Below are positions 8,593-18,652 of a stretch of DNA of 64,000 bases, in pieces. Below the pieces are notes generated by a model. That model did not search any database. It was not told the origin of the DNA and was given only the letters and a program-made list of their open reading frames with translations. Origin of the DNA: Arachnia sp. (GTDB taxonomy: Bacteria; Actinomycetota; Actinomycetes; Propionibacteriales; Propionibacteriaceae); NCBI GenBank assembly GCA_039811745.1, contig JBDHZH010000008.1, positions 1,042 through 65,041 on the forward strand, read 5' to 3'. The stretch's first letter is position 1, and every line of letters begins with the position of its first letter. A program made the translations under genes and the position numbers.

Positions 8593-11151
8593 ATGACTGA
8601 AGACGCCGAACGCACCGGCCTGCCCGAAAAGCCCGTCCTCGAAGGCCTGGAGGCCAAGTGGGGGCGGGTATGGCGGGACGATCGGACGTATGCCTTCACC
8701 CGGCCTGCCTCGCGCGAGGACGTGTTCAGTATCGACACGCCCCCACCGACGGTGTCCGGCTCGCTGCATGTCGGCCACGTCTTCAGCTACACCCACACCG
8801 ACCTGGTCGCTCGCTACCAGCGCATGCGCGGCAAGCACGTGTTCTACCCGATGGGCTGGGACGACAACGGCCTGCCCACCGAGCGTCGCGTGCAGAACTT
8901 CTACGGCGTTCGCTGCGACCCCTCGGTCCCCTACGAGGAGGGTCTCACCCCTCCCGCCAAGCCCGACCCGAAGCGTCCCCTGCCGATCAGCCGCGCCAAC
9001 TTCATCGAACTCTGCCACGAGCTGACCGCCGTCGATGAACAGGCCTTCGAGGACCTGTGGCGCCAGCTCGGGCTCTCGGTGGACTGGGACACCATCTATG
9101 CGACGATCTCCAAGGAATCCCAGTCCGTCGCACAGCGGGCGTTCCTGCGCAACTGCGCCAGGGGCGAGGCCTACCTCTCCTACGCCCCCACGCTGTGGGA
9201 CGTCACGTTCCAGACGGCCGTGGCGCAGGCGGAGTTGGAGGCTCGCGAGTACCCCGGCCACTACCACCGCGTCGCGTTCCACCGGGCCGGAGCCGAGCCG
9301 GTCCACATCGAGACGACGAGGCCCGAGCTGATCGTCAGCGTCTGCGCACTCATCGCCCACCCCGACGACGAGCGTTACCAGGACCTGTTCGGCACCACCG
9401 TCACCTCGCCGTTGTTCGGCGTGGAGATCCCCGTCCTCGCGCATCCCGCGGCGGAGCCCGAGAAGGGCGCGGGCATCGCCATGTGCTGCACGTTCGGCGA
9501 CCTGACCGACGTGACCTGGTGGCGCGAACTCGATCTGCCCACCCGCACGGTCATCGGCAGGGACGGGCGCTTCCAGACGGAGACCCCCGAATGGGTCGTG
9601 AACACGGAGGCCTACGGGGCCCTTGCCGGGAAGACCGCCTTCGGAGCCCGCGAGGCCACGGTGGAGGCGCTGCGTGCATCCGGCGACCTGGACGGCGAGC
9701 CGAAGCCGACGCTGCGCATGGCGAACTTCTTCGAGAAGGGCGACAAGCCGCTGGAGATCGTCGCCACCCGTCAGTGGTACATCCGCAACGGCGGCCGTGA
9801 TGACGATCTCAAGGCGAGGCTGCTCGCGCGCGGCTCGGAACTCGGGTGGACGCCGGAGCACATGCGGCACCGCTACGACAACTGGGTGTCCGGCCTCAAC
9901 GGCGACTGGCTGATCTCCAGGCAGCGCTTCTTCGGCGTGCCCTTCCCCCTGTGGTACGCGCTCGACTCGGAGGGCGAACCCGACTACGAGAACCCGATCC
10001 TCGCCAACGAGGCCTCCCTGCCCATCGATCCCGTCACCGACGTCCCGCCCGGCTACTCCGAGGAGCACCGCGGCAACCCGGGCGGCTTCATGGCCGACCC
10101 GGACGTCATGGACACATGGGCGACCTCCTCGCTCACCCCCCAGATCGCCTGCGGCTGGGAGCGGGACCAGGAACTGTTCGACCTCACGTTCCCCATGGAT
10201 CTGGCTCCCCAGGCGCACGACATCATCCGCACCTGGCTGTTCAGCCGCGTGGTGCGCGCCCACTTCGAGCACGATGCACTCCCCTGGCGCAGGGCGACGA
10301 TCTCCGGGTTCGTCATGGACCCGGACCGCAAGAAGATGAGCAAGTCCAAGGGGAACGTGGTCGTCCCCACCGACATCCTCGACCGGTTCGGCTCGGATGC
10401 GGTCCGGTGGCGCGCCGCCAAGGCCCGGCCCGGCCAGGACTCGCCGTTCGACGAGTCGGAGATGAAGGTTGGGCGTCGGCTCGCCATGAAGTTGCTCAAC
10501 GCGAGCAAGTTCGTGCTCACCCTGGCACCGAAGGCGGCGGACGCCCGCCTGGTCACCAACCCCGTCGACAAGGCGCTGCTCACCGCGCTCGCCGATGTCG
10601 TGGACAAGGCGACCACCGCGCTCGACGACTTCGACTACACCGTCGCACTCGAGACGGCGGAGACGTTCTTCTGGGCCTTCTGTGACGACTATCTCGAACT
10701 GGTGAAGGAACGCGCCTACGGCACCCACTCCCCCGCCGAGCAGGCCTCGGCGCAGGCGGCGCTCGCGCTCGCGCTCGACGTCCAGCTCCGGCTCTTCGCA
10801 CCCTTCATGCCGTTCGTCACCGAGGAGACGTGGAGCTGGACCCACGAGGGTTCGATCCACCACGCTTCGTGGCCGACCCGCTCGGAACTCCCCACCGACG
10901 GTGCGGTGGCGCTGCTCGACGACGTCGCCTCCGCGCTGATCGCCATCCGGGGCGTCAAGTCGAACGCCAAGGTCTCGATGCGCACCGAGGTGCTCTCCGC
11001 ATCCTTCTTCGGCCCGGCGGACACGCTGGGGCGCCTGGAGGCGATCGAGGCGGACCTGCGGGCGGTCGGCCGCATCGTCGGCGACGTGAAGTGGGTGGCG
11101 TCCGAAGGTGACCTGCGGGTGGAGGCCCGGCTGGCGGAGCCGCAGGGCTGA
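8593..11151 (+). CDS. valS: Valine--tRNA ligase
   Basis: In-frame part of ORF 7642..11151(+). ATG 8593 ([14 protein letters not shown]). HIGH-type motif SLHVGH and KMSKS present. The ~852-aa length fits the actinobacterial type. Confidence 0.95.
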   Translation: MTEDAERTGLPEKPVLEGLEAKWGRVWRDDRTYAFTRPASREDVFSIDTPPPTVSGSLHVGHVFSYTHTDLVARYQRMRGKHVFYPMGWDDNGLPTERRVQNFYGVRCDPSVPYEEGLTPPAKPDPKRPLPISRANFIELCHELTAVDEQAFEDLWRQLGLSVDWDTIYATISKESQSVAQRAFLRNCARGEAYLSYAPTLWDVTFQTAVAQAELEAREYPGHYHRVAFHRAGAEPVHIETTRPELIVSVCALIAHPDDERYQDLFGTTVTSPLFGVEIPVLAHPAAEPEKGAGIAMCCTFGDLTDVTWWRELDLPTRTVIGRDGRFQTETPEWVVNTEAYGALAGKTAFGAREATVEALRASGDLDGEPKPTLRMANFFEKGDKPLEIVATRQWYIRNGGRDDDLKARLLARGSELGWTPEHMRHRYDNWVSGLNGDWLISRQRFFGVPFPLWYALDSEGEPDYENPILANEASLPIDPVTDVPPGYSEEHRGNPGGFMADPDVMDTWATSSLTPQIACGWERDQELFDLTFPMDLAPQAHDIIRTWLFSRVVRAHFEHDALPWRRATISGFVMDPDRKKMSKSKGNVVVPTDILDRFGSDAVRWRAAKARPGQDSPFDESEMKVGRRLAMKLLNASKFVLTLAPKAADARLVTNPVDKALLTALADVVDKATTALDDFDYTVALETAETFFWAFCDDYLELVKERAYGTHSPAEQASAQAALALALDVQLRLFAPFMPFVTEETWSWTHEGSIHHASWPTRSELPTDGAVALLDDVASALIAIRGVKSNAKVSMRTEVLSASFFGPADTLGRLEAIEADLRAVGRIVGDVKWVASEGDLRVEARLAEPQG

Positions 11152-11201
11152 GCCTGCACCCGAAGGCGTTGTCACGTCCCCGGCTGCCACACAATGGGGA
11201 C

Positions 11202-11846
11202 GTGACGACGTTCGAGCCGCTGCCCCGGTCGTTCTTCGAGCATCCCGTCCGGGAACTCGCTCCCCGACTCCTCGGTTGCCACTTGGTGGCCGGCGACGTG
11301 GTGGTCAGGATCACCGAGGTCGAGGCCTACGACGGCGAAGCCGATCCGGGTTCGCATGCCTACCGTGGCAGGACTGCGAGGAACGCCACCATGTTCGGCG
11401 AGGCCGGGCACCTCTACGTCTACCGCCACATGGGACTGCACTCCTGTTGCAACATCGTCTGCTCCACCAGGGACCACGCCAACGGCTGCCTGGTACGCGC
11501 AGGAGAGGTCGTCGCCGGCTTGGAGGCCGCCCGTGCCCGGCGGAACGCGGCAGGCGTCACCAGGAGGGACACCGATCTGGCGCAGGGACCCGGCCGGATG
11601 ACCGTGGTGCTCGGCATCACCTACGCAGACGACGGGCTGGACCTGTGCGACCCCGCGAGCGGCCTCCACCTGGCCGACCGCGTCGGCCCTCCGCCCGGGA
11701 TCGCGCGGGGACCCCGGATCGGGTTGCGCCCCGAGGCCACCGACCCGGAGCACCTGTGGTTGCGCTACTGGATCCCCGGCGACCCGACCGTGTCCGGCCG
11801 CAGGAGCGACCAGGATCGTGTCAGAGCAGCGCGGGCAGCCACCTGA
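11202..11846 (+). CDS. mpg: DNA-3-methyladenine glycosylase (AAG/MPG family)
   Basis: ELAPRLLGCHLV...ITEVEAYDGEADPGSHAYRGRTARNATMFG...LYVY is the AAG-family signature. GTG 11202 is preferred (GGGGA upstream, N-terminus aligns with homologues); the ORF track begins at TTG 11169. Confidence 0.85.
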   Translation: MTTFEPLPRSFFEHPVRELAPRLLGCHLVAGDVVVRITEVEAYDGEADPGSHAYRGRTARNATMFGEAGHLYVYRHMGLHSCCNIVCSTRDHANGCLVRAGEVVAGLEAARARRNAAGVTRRDTDLAQGPGRMTVVLGITYADDGLDLCDPASGLHLADRVGPPPGIARGPRIGLRPEATDPEHLWLRYWIPGDPTVSGRRSDQDRVRAARAAT

Positions 11847-12462
11847 TGGCCTCGATCACGAAGACCACGGCCAGCCAGGCGATCAGCGTGATGGCGATCC
11901 ACCCGCCCTTGGCGAACGCCACTGCCTTCGCGTGGGCCGCCGGCGACAGGTAGAGGTTGTTCTCCAGGATGTTCCAGTGCGTCATGGACGTGAACACGAA
12001 CGTGGTGGAGACCGTCACCAACAGGCACCACGGGCAGAGCGCACCGATCACGAACGTGGACTGGAACAGCAGCCAGTAGGCGAAGATGACGCCGAGCAGG
12101 TAGACGCTGTTGGCCGTGAACATGAACCACCGCGGGAACCTGGTGCCCGCAAGCGAGGCGACCGCGATGGTCATCACGACCGGCTCCGCGACCAGGCCGA
12201 GGAAGGCGTTCGGGAAGCCGAACACGTTGGCCTGCGGAGTCAGGCCGACCTTGGCGCAGTCGAGCCACACATTGATGGAGCAGGCAAGCGCCACATCCGG
12301 GTTCCTCGCCAGCAGGATCGCGTCGTACGACAGGACGAATGACGCGAGCAGGCTGAGCGACGCGAACAGGAGCATCTCACCGAACAGCAGCCGCCTGCTC
12401 CTGAGCCACTGCCCATCGCTCAGGAGCTCGTCCGTCTCTGCGTCCACCACGGCTGCCTCCAT
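11821..12462 (-). CDS. Vitamin K epoxide reductase (VKOR) family protein
   Basis: Membrane ORF with a loop cysteine pair (ACSINVWLDCAKV) and the CPWC active site. GGAGGG SD. Its 3' end overlaps the mpg 3' end by 26 nt (convergent). Confidence 0.85.
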   Translation of the reverse strand: MEAAVVDAETDELLSDGQWLRSRRLLFGEMLLFASLSLLASFVLSYDAILLARNPDVALACSINVWLDCAKVGLTPQANVFGFPNAFLGLVAEPVVMTIAVASLAGTRFPRWFMFTANSVYLLGVIFAYWLLFQSTFVIGALCPWCLLVTVSTTFVFTSMTHWNILENNLYLSPAAHAKAVAFAKGGWIAITLIAWLAVVFVIEAIRWLPALL

Positions 12463-12573
12463 CTTCCCACCCTCCGTAGAACCGCCCCGCCCGCCCGCCG
12501 GTCTGACTGCCTGCGGGTCACCTACAAGCTACCCGGTGCCCCCGACCGCGAGAACCCGGGTCCGTTGCCCCGT

Positions 12574-15500
12574 TCACACCCTCGGCGGATCGAACGACGG
12601 GGGTGTCGCCGCCGGGGTCCTCGCCAGTCGGGCCAGGATCTCGTCGATGGCCCGGTCGAGTTGGATGTCGTCGTCGGATTCCCACTCGGATGGGCCCATC
12701 GGCACGACAATGTCCGGGTCGGTGCCGTGGTTCTCCAGGCCGAAGCCCTGCTTGTCGAAGCTGTGCGCATAGCGGGGCTGCGTGACCACGGTGCCGTCGA
12801 CCAGCTCGAATCGACCGTCGATGCCGACTGTGCCACCCCAGCTGCGCTCCCCGATCACCGGGCCGAGCCCCAGGTTCTGGGCCGCCCCAGTGACGATGTC
12901 ACCGTCGGAGCCCGCGTAGGGGTTCGTCACGAACACGACCGGCCCCCGCATGCCCTGACCCGGATACGGCAGCGTCTCGTCGAAATGGCGCCCGAACCCC
13001 CAGCCGATGACGCGCCGCATCAGTCGCTCGATGATCAGTTCCGACGTGTGACCACCGCCGTTGAACCGGACGTCGACGATGACCCCCTCGCATCTGGTCG
13101 CCTGTCCGATCAGTCTGTGGAACTCCGCCCACCCATGCGCCGCCATGTCGGGCACGTGCACGTATCCGATGCGCCCCTTCGACCTGCGCTCCACGTACTC
13201 CGCCTGCTGGGCAACCCACTCGTGGTAGCGGAGGCTCGCCTCGCCCCCGGTCGGCACAACCGCAACCCGCCGCTTCATGCGGCCGCGCACCAGCGTCAGC
13301 TCGACCACCTTGTCGGTCGCCCCCTGCAGAAGCACGCCGATGTCGGCCACCTCCGCGGTGGAGCGCCCGTCCACGGCGAGGATCACGTCCCCAGCCCTGG
13401 CTGCCACGCCCGCGGCCCGAAGGGGCGAGCGCGCAGACGGATCGGAACTCTCGCCCTTCAGGATCCTCGCGATGACAACTTCACCCTTGGCGTTCCGCGC
13501 GAACTCGGCACCGAGCCAGCCGATCCGCTCGGAGGGATCGGCCTGGGACTCCGGTATGACGTACGCGTGCGAGGTGTTGAGCTCGCCGACGGTCTCCCAG
13601 AGCAGGTCGACAAGGTCGTCGTGCGTGGCGATCTCCTCCACCAGGGGTCGGTAGGCCGCGACAACGCCCGCCCAGTCGACGCCGTCCATGTCGTCGCGCC
13701 AGAAGTGGTCGCGCATCAGGCAGGCGTTCTCGTCGAACATCTGGCGCCACTCGTCCCGGGGCTGGACTGACCTGCGCAGCCGTCCGAGGTCGACCGCCAC
13801 CTTGGCGTCGTCCTCCTCCGCCTTCGCCTCCGCGGACTGAACCCACACCTCCTCGCCGTTCCTGACCACCAATTGGAGCCCGTCGCCGCTCACGGCGGCG
13901 GAGTCACAGGCATCGACGATGACAGTCAGCTTCCGCTTGGCCAGGTCGAAGAACTCGATCTGGTCCTTGCGCTCGTCACCGGGGAGCAGACCGGATCCGA
14001 TCTCGCCCGCGTGAGGAGAGTGCCGTCGCCACAGGACACCGTTCTTGGTGACCTGGAGCGCCGAGTACCGACCCGACGGCACCGGCATCGGAACCATCCG
14101 GCCGGCGGCGTCCTCGAGGTCGAAGACGATCGGCTCCGGCTTGCGTTCCTCACCCTCGGGCGATGCCTCCTTGGTGTCCTTCTCCTCCTCCTCGCTGATG
14201 TTCCAGCCGTCCGCCGACGGCCCGAACGGTGCGGTGTCCTCCGCCCGCAGCGGGATCACGTGCGGCCGGATCGTGTTCGTGAAGGACAGGTCGAAACCGA
14301 TCTCGTCATAGGTGGGGTCGATCGTGCGGCTGGAGAGGAAGTACAGGTACTTCCCGTCCAGGCTGAACGCCGGGTCGAAGTCGTTGAACTGCCCCTTCGT
14401 CAGTGTGAAGGGCTTGTCATCGGTCAGGTCGTAGCCGACGAGGCGTCCCAGAGTGCCCTCGTTGGCGACGGCTTCGCGCCAGACCAGGTAGCGGCCATCG
14501 GGCGAGAACACCAGTCCGCCGGCCTCACCGTTGGCGGACCTGCCCACCTTCTTCACCGATGCGCGGGCCACATCCACGGCAAGGACGTTGCCGTCGTGGC
14601 TTGCGACGGCAACCTTGGAGCCGTCGGCGTTGGAGGTCAGCGCCAGCACCCGTCCCAGCCTGCCCTGGCCGATCCGGCGCGGGTCGCCGTCGCCGTCCAG
14701 TGGCATGATCTCCAAACAGTCATCTCCCTCGGCGTCACTGGCCCAAATGGCCTTGCCGCTGGTACCCAGGACGCGCGGCTCACGGATGCGCACGCCGGGC
14801 AGGTCGCTCAGCGCGCGGGCGGGTCCACCGCGATGCGTGAGATACCAGGCCTGGCCACGCCAATCGAGGATCGAGCCGTCACCGCCCCTGTCCGGGACGA
14901 TCGCCTCAAGGCGATCGGTCGGTGACAGCCTCATCGGGGCCGGTTCGAACACGCCGACGCTGACATCCAGCGGCTGCGCCTTGGCGCGCAGCGAGTCGAG
15001 ACGGTGCAGCCTGCCGCGGGCGTGGTAGACGATCGACCGCCCATCGGTGGCGGCGTCACGGACGTAGCCGTCGGCGAACGTATGGGCCGTGTGGCACCTG
15101 AGGTCGGCACCGTCACCCCTGACGCTCCAGATCTGGGCCTGCTCGCCCGGACGCCCCGGCAACTCGGCACCCAAGTCGGAGGTGAAGATGATCCGATTGC
15201 CCACCCAGGCCGGCGCGTGGAGGCTGGCCGTCTGTTCGGGCAGGAGACGTCGCCAGTTGCGGCGCTGCTGGTCCGACACCCACAGCCGGACCGCCATCCC
15301 ACCCCGGTAGCGCTTCCAGCCCTCGGGGCCGCGGAAGTTCGGGGAGGCGACGACGACCCTCCCGTCCGGATGGATGCTCGCGGCCATGGCGGGCCCCCAG
15401 GGCAGCCGCACCAGGTCGCCGTCGAGGGAGACCGAGAACAGGCTGGTCAGCACCCGGTTGCCGTCCAGGTGGTCCGAGGCCAGCAGGACGTGAGCCTCAT

Positions 15501-15783
15501 CCAGCCACCCCGACACGAGCATCCGACGCGCCCCGACCCAGGTCAGCCGGCGCCGTCCACCGTCGAGATCCACCACATGGAGGTCGAACCCGCCACCGGC
15601 GTCGCTGACGAAGGCCACCTTGTCGCCTGCGGGGGAGTACTTCGGGGAACGCGGCGGATTCCCGTCCGAGGTGAGCCTTGAGGCTCTGCCTCCGTCGATG
15701 GAGGCCAGCCACAGGTCGTCGTCGGCCACGAAGACGACGCCGTCGCCATGGACATGGGGATACCTCAGATAGCCGCGGGACAT
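12574..15783 (-). CDS. Tricorn-protease-like S41 peptidase (beta-propeller + PDZ + S41 domains)
   Basis: About 1070 aa. N-terminus YLRYPHVHGDGVVFVADDDLWLAS and WD/propeller repeats, C-terminal S41 core (NGGGHTSEL). Start at ATG 15783 or GTG 15789. Confidence 0.9.
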   Translation of the reverse strand: MSRGYLRYPHVHGDGVVFVADDDLWLASIDGGRASRLTSDGNPPRSPKYSPAGDKVAFVSDAGGGFDLHVVDLDGGRRRLTWVGARRMLVSGWLDEAHVLLASDHLDGNRVLTSLFSVSLDGDLVRLPWGPAMAASIHPDGRVVVASPNFRGPEGWKRYRGGMAVRLWVSDQQRRNWRRLLPEQTASLHAPAWVGNRIIFTSDLGAELPGRPGEQAQIWSVRGDGADLRCHTAHTFADGYVRDAATDGRSIVYHARGRLHRLDSLRAKAQPLDVSVGVFEPAPMRLSPTDRLEAIVPDRGGDGSILDWRGQAWYLTHRGGPARALSDLPGVRIREPRVLGTSGKAIWASDAEGDDCLEIMPLDGDGDPRRIGQGRLGRVLALTSNADGSKVAVASHDGNVLAVDVARASVKKVGRSANGEAGGLVFSPDGRYLVWREAVANEGTLGRLVGYDLTDDKPFTLTKGQFNDFDPAFSLDGKYLYFLSSRTIDPTYDEIGFDLSFTNTIRPHVIPLRAEDTAPFGPSADGWNISEEEEKDTKEASPEGEERKPEPIVFDLEDAAGRMVPMPVPSGRYSALQVTKNGVLWRRHSPHAGEIGSGLLPGDERKDQIEFFDLAKRKLTVIVDACDSAAVSGDGLQLVVRNGEEVWVQSAEAKAEEDDAKVAVDLGRLRRSVQPRDEWRQMFDENACLMRDHFWRDDMDGVDWAGVVAAYRPLVEEIATHDDLVDLLWETVGELNTSHAYVIPESQADPSERIGWLGAEFARNAKGEVVIARILKGESSDPSARSPLRAAGVAARAGDVILAVDGRSTAEVADIGVLLQGATDKVVELTLVRGRMKRRVAVVPTGGEASLRYHEWVAQQAEYVERRSKGRIGYVHVPDMAAHGWAEFHRLIGQATRCEGVIVDVRFNGGGHTSELIIERLMRRVIGWGFGRHFDETLPYPGQGMRGPVVFVTNPYAGSDGDIVTGAAQNLGLGPVIGERSWGGTVGIDGRFELVDGTVVTQPRYAHSFDKQGFGLENHGTDPDIVVPMGPSEWESDDDIQLDRAIDEILARLARTPAATPPSFDPPRV

Positions 15784-15830
15784 GCGCACAAACCTACCCC
15801 CGGAAGCGGCGCGCCCCGAAAACCGTGCGG

Positions 15831-17111
15831 TCAGGCCGACAGGTTGCGGCGCCTGGCCAGCTTCGCCCTCGGGACCAACTCCGGAGCTGTCAGGCCGTTC
15901 ACGGCGTCCCGCGTGATCACGACCTGCGCAACGCCCTCATCCGAGGGGACCTCGAACATGACCTCTAGCAGCAACTCCTCCAGGATGGCCCGCAGCCCCC
16001 TGGCTCCGATGCCCCGTTCCAGGGCCTTGTCCGCGACGGCCTCGACGGCCTCGTCCGTGAACTCCAGATGCACGCCGTCCAGCTCGAACAGCCTCGCAAA
16101 CTGCTTGACCAGGGCGTTGCGCGGCTCGACGAGGATCCTGATCAGGGCGTCCCTGTCCAGCTGCGCGACGCTCGCCACCATGGGGACCCTGCCGATGAAC
16201 TCGGGGATCAGGCCGAACTTGTGCAGGTCCTCGGGGCGCACAAGCGACAACGGATCGGCCGTGTCGGTGCGCTTCTCGACGTCGTTGTTGAACCCGAGGG
16301 GCCGCTTGCCGATCCGGGCGTTGACGATGTCCTCCAGGCCTGCGAACGCTCCACCCACGATGAACAGCACCTTGCTGGTGTCGATCTGCAGGAAGTCCTG
16401 GTGCGGGTGCTTCCGCCCGCCCTGGGGTGGGACGGAGGCGACGGTGCCCTCGAGGATCTTCAGGAGCGCCTGCTGCACCCCCTCCCCCGACACGTCGCGG
16501 GTGATCGACGGATTCTCCGCCTTGCGCGCCACCTTGTCGATCTCGTCGATGTAGATGATGCCGGTCTCGGCCTTCTTGATGTCGAAGTCCGCTGCCTGGA
16601 TGAGCTTCAGGAGGATGTTCTCCACATCCTCGCCCACATAGCCGGCCTCGGTCAGGGCTGTGGCATCCGCCATCGCGAACGGCACGTTCAGCATGCGCGC
16701 CATGGTCTGTGCCAGATAGGTCTTGCCACAGCCGGTGGGACCGATCAGCAGGATGTTGGACTTGCCGACCTCCACGTGCTCGGCATCGGAGTGCCTGGCA
16801 GGAGCGTCCGCCTCGGCGCGGATGCGCTTGTAGTGGTTGTACACGGCAACGGACAGGGCCTTCTTGGCGGCATCCTGGCCGATCACGTAGGTGTCGAGGA
16901 AGTCGCGGATCTCCCGCGGCTTGGGCAGTTCCTCGGTCAGACCGTGGTCGGTGCGCTCTGGGAACTCCTCCTCGATGATCTCGTTGCACAAGCCGATGCA
17001 CTCGTCGCAGATGTAGACGCCCGGCCCGGCGATCAGCTTCTTGACCTGCTTCTGGCTCTTGCCACAGAAGTTGCACTTGAAGAGTTCGCTGGATTCACCT
17101 ATCCGAGCCAC
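15831..17111 (-). CDS. clpX: ATP-dependent Clp protease ATP-binding subunit ClpX
   Basis: Zn-binding CNFCGK...CDEC, Walker [17 protein letters not shown], 426 aa. Confidence 0.97.
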   Translation of the reverse strand: MARIGESSELFKCNFCGKSQKQVKKLIAGPGVYICDECIGLCNEIIEEEFPERTDHGLTEELPKPREIRDFLDTYVIGQDAAKKALSVAVYNHYKRIRAEADAPARHSDAEHVEVGKSNILLIGPTGCGKTYLAQTMARMLNVPFAMADATALTEAGYVGEDVENILLKLIQAADFDIKKAETGIIYIDEIDKVARKAENPSITRDVSGEGVQQALLKILEGTVASVPPQGGRKHPHQDFLQIDTSKVLFIVGGAFAGLEDIVNARIGKRPLGFNNDVEKRTDTADPLSLVRPEDLHKFGLIPEFIGRVPMVASVAQLDRDALIRILVEPRNALVKQFARLFELDGVHLEFTDEAVEAVADKALERGIGARGLRAILEELLLEVMFEVPSDEGVAQVVITRDAVNGLTAPELVPRAKLARRRNLSA

Positions 17112-17249
17112 GGTCCACCTCCCTGCATGACAACTGCGCCTCGCGGCCCCCTCACGCCTGCACCCACACTACCCGGACGGGTCCCGGCCGGCACGAGAAC
17201 ACGACGGCACATCCGCCGGTCCTCGTGCGGCCGAGTCCCGGGCGGCGCT

Positions 17250-17897
17250 TCAGACACCCTTGAGTGACGTGAGGATGTCGTCGACGATGCCGTACTCGAC
17301 AGCCTCGGCGGCCGTCAGGTACTTGTCGCGCTCGATGTCGCGGCTGATCGTCGCCTTGTCCTGTCCCGTGTCCCTGGCGAGCATGTCCTCCATGAGGTCA
17401 CGGATGCGCATGATCTCCCTCGCCTGGATCTCCAGGTCCGAGGACTGGCCGTACCCGCCCTCGGTGGCCGGCTGGTGAATAAGAATGCGCGAGTTGGGCA
17501 GCGCGAGCCGCTTGCCCTTCGTGCCGGCCGCCAGCAGCAGTGCCGCGGCGGAGGCGGCCTGGCCCAGGCACACGGTCTGGATGTCCGGCTTGATGTAGCG
17601 CATGGTGTCGTAGATCGCGGTCAGCGCGGTGAACGACCCGCCGGGTGAGTTGATGTAGATGGAGATCTGACGCTCCGCGTCCATCGACTGCAGGCACAGG
17701 AGCTGCGCCATGACCGCGTTGGCGACGTCGTCGGAGATCGGCGAGCCGAGGAAGATGATTCGGTCCTCGAACAGCTTGGTGTAAGGATCCACACGCCGCA
17801 CGCCGTAGCTGGTGCGCTCCTCCCACTGCGGGATGTAGTAGTCCATCGAGGGGCCGGACGGCGCGATGCCGCCGGGCAGCTGGAAGTTGGTGTTCAC
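17250..17897 (-). CDS. clpP2: ATP-dependent Clp protease proteolytic subunit 2
   Basis: In-frame tail of ORF 17250..18953(-). IIFLGSPISDDVAN..., catalytic Ser in GQAASAAA, HQP. GTG 17897 overlaps the clpP1 stop (GTGA); alternative ATG 17846. Confidence 0.9.
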   Translation of the reverse strand: MNTNFQLPGGIAPSGPSMDYYIPQWEERTSYGVRRVDPYTKLFEDRIIFLGSPISDDVANAVMAQLLCLQSMDAERQISIYINSPGGSFTALTAIYDTMRYIKPDIQTVCLGQAASAAALLLAAGTKGKRLALPNSRILIHQPATEGGYGQSSDLEIQAREIMRIRDLMEDMLARDTGQDKATISRDIERDKYLTAAEAVEYGIVDDILTSLKGV

Positions 17898-18520
17898 TGG
17901 TTGGGAGCCTCCGACTTGATCTGGGATGCACGCTCGTACACGTGGTCGATGAAGCCGTATTCGAGCGCCTCCGGTGCCGTGAACCAGCGGTCCCGGTCGG
18001 AGTCGGCCTCGATCTGCTCGACCGTCTGCCCCGTGTGCTGGGCGATGAGCCCCGCCATGGTCTTCTTGATGTGCAACGACTGCTCGGCCTGGATCCGGAT
18101 GTCGGAGGCCGTGCCGCCGAGCCCGCCCGAGGGCTGGTGCATCATGATGCGGCTGTGCGGAAGCGCGAACCGCTTGCCACGGGTGCCCGCGGACAGCAGG
18201 AACTGCCCCATCGAGGCCGCGAGCCCCATGGCCACCGTAGCCACGTCGTTGCTGATCCACTGCATGGTGTCGAAGATCGCCATGCCGGAGTCGACGGAAC
18301 CACCGGGCGAGTTGATGTAGAGGTAGATGTCCTTGTGTGGATCCTCTGCGTTCAGCAGGAGCATCTGGGCACAGATGGCGTTGGCGTTCTCGTCCTTCAC
18401 CTCTGAACCGAGGAAGATGATGCGGTTGGCGAGCAACGCGGAGTACACGTTGTCGTTCAGCCCGAACGGCGCGCCACCCGCGGCCGCCATCGAGATGTCG
18501 TGGGTTGGGTTCTTCGTCAC
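17894..18520 (-). CDS. clpP1: ATP-dependent Clp protease proteolytic subunit 1
   Basis: RIIFLGSEVKDENAN..., YINSPGGS, catalytic Ser in GLAASMGQ, MMHQP. GTG start at 18520. Confidence 0.92.
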   Translation of the reverse strand: MTKNPTHDISMAAAGGAPFGLNDNVYSALLANRIIFLGSEVKDENANAICAQMLLLNAEDPHKDIYLYINSPGGSVDSGMAIFDTMQWISNDVATVAMGLAASMGQFLLSAGTRGKRFALPHSRIMMHQPSGGLGGTASDIRIQAEQSLHIKKTMAGLIAQHTGQTVEQIEADSDRDRWFTAPEALEYGFIDHVYERASQIKSEAPNQ

Positions 18521-18568
18521 GCCACAAACCTACCGGGTCCAACCGACAACCCAACCCCACACGCTCCC

Positions 18569-18586
18569 GTTCGCCTCCTGCGTAAC
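18569..18586. promoter_or_regulatory. Candidate ClgR operator upstream of clpP1P2
   Basis: GTTCGC-CTCCT-GCG lies 49-62 nt upstream of the clpP1 start. It matches the GTTCGC-N5-GCG ClgR motif reported for Streptomyces and Corynebacterium clp promoters. Single site, not validated. Confidence 0.4.
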
Positions 18587-18597
18587 CGTGCCCGGAG

Positions 18598-18637
18598 ACG
18601 CGGACGCCGCAGGGAGGCTCCCCTGCGGCGTCCGCGT
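18598..18637 (-). terminator. Perfect 17-bp stem-loop just downstream of tig
   Basis: ACGCGGACGCCGCAGGG / CCCTGCGGCGTCCGCGT with a 6-nt loop, 16 nt after the tig stop. No U-tract (I-shaped, common in actinobacteria). Confidence 0.55.
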
Positions 18638-18652
18638 TGGTCCAGGGTGGGC

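Noticed and set aside
8419-11190. 923-aa minus-strand ORF covering all of valS
   Set aside because: It is antisense to an unambiguous valS (HIGH and KMSKS motifs). The translation is Gly/Arg/Val/Asp-rich with no motifs. High-GC shadow ORF.
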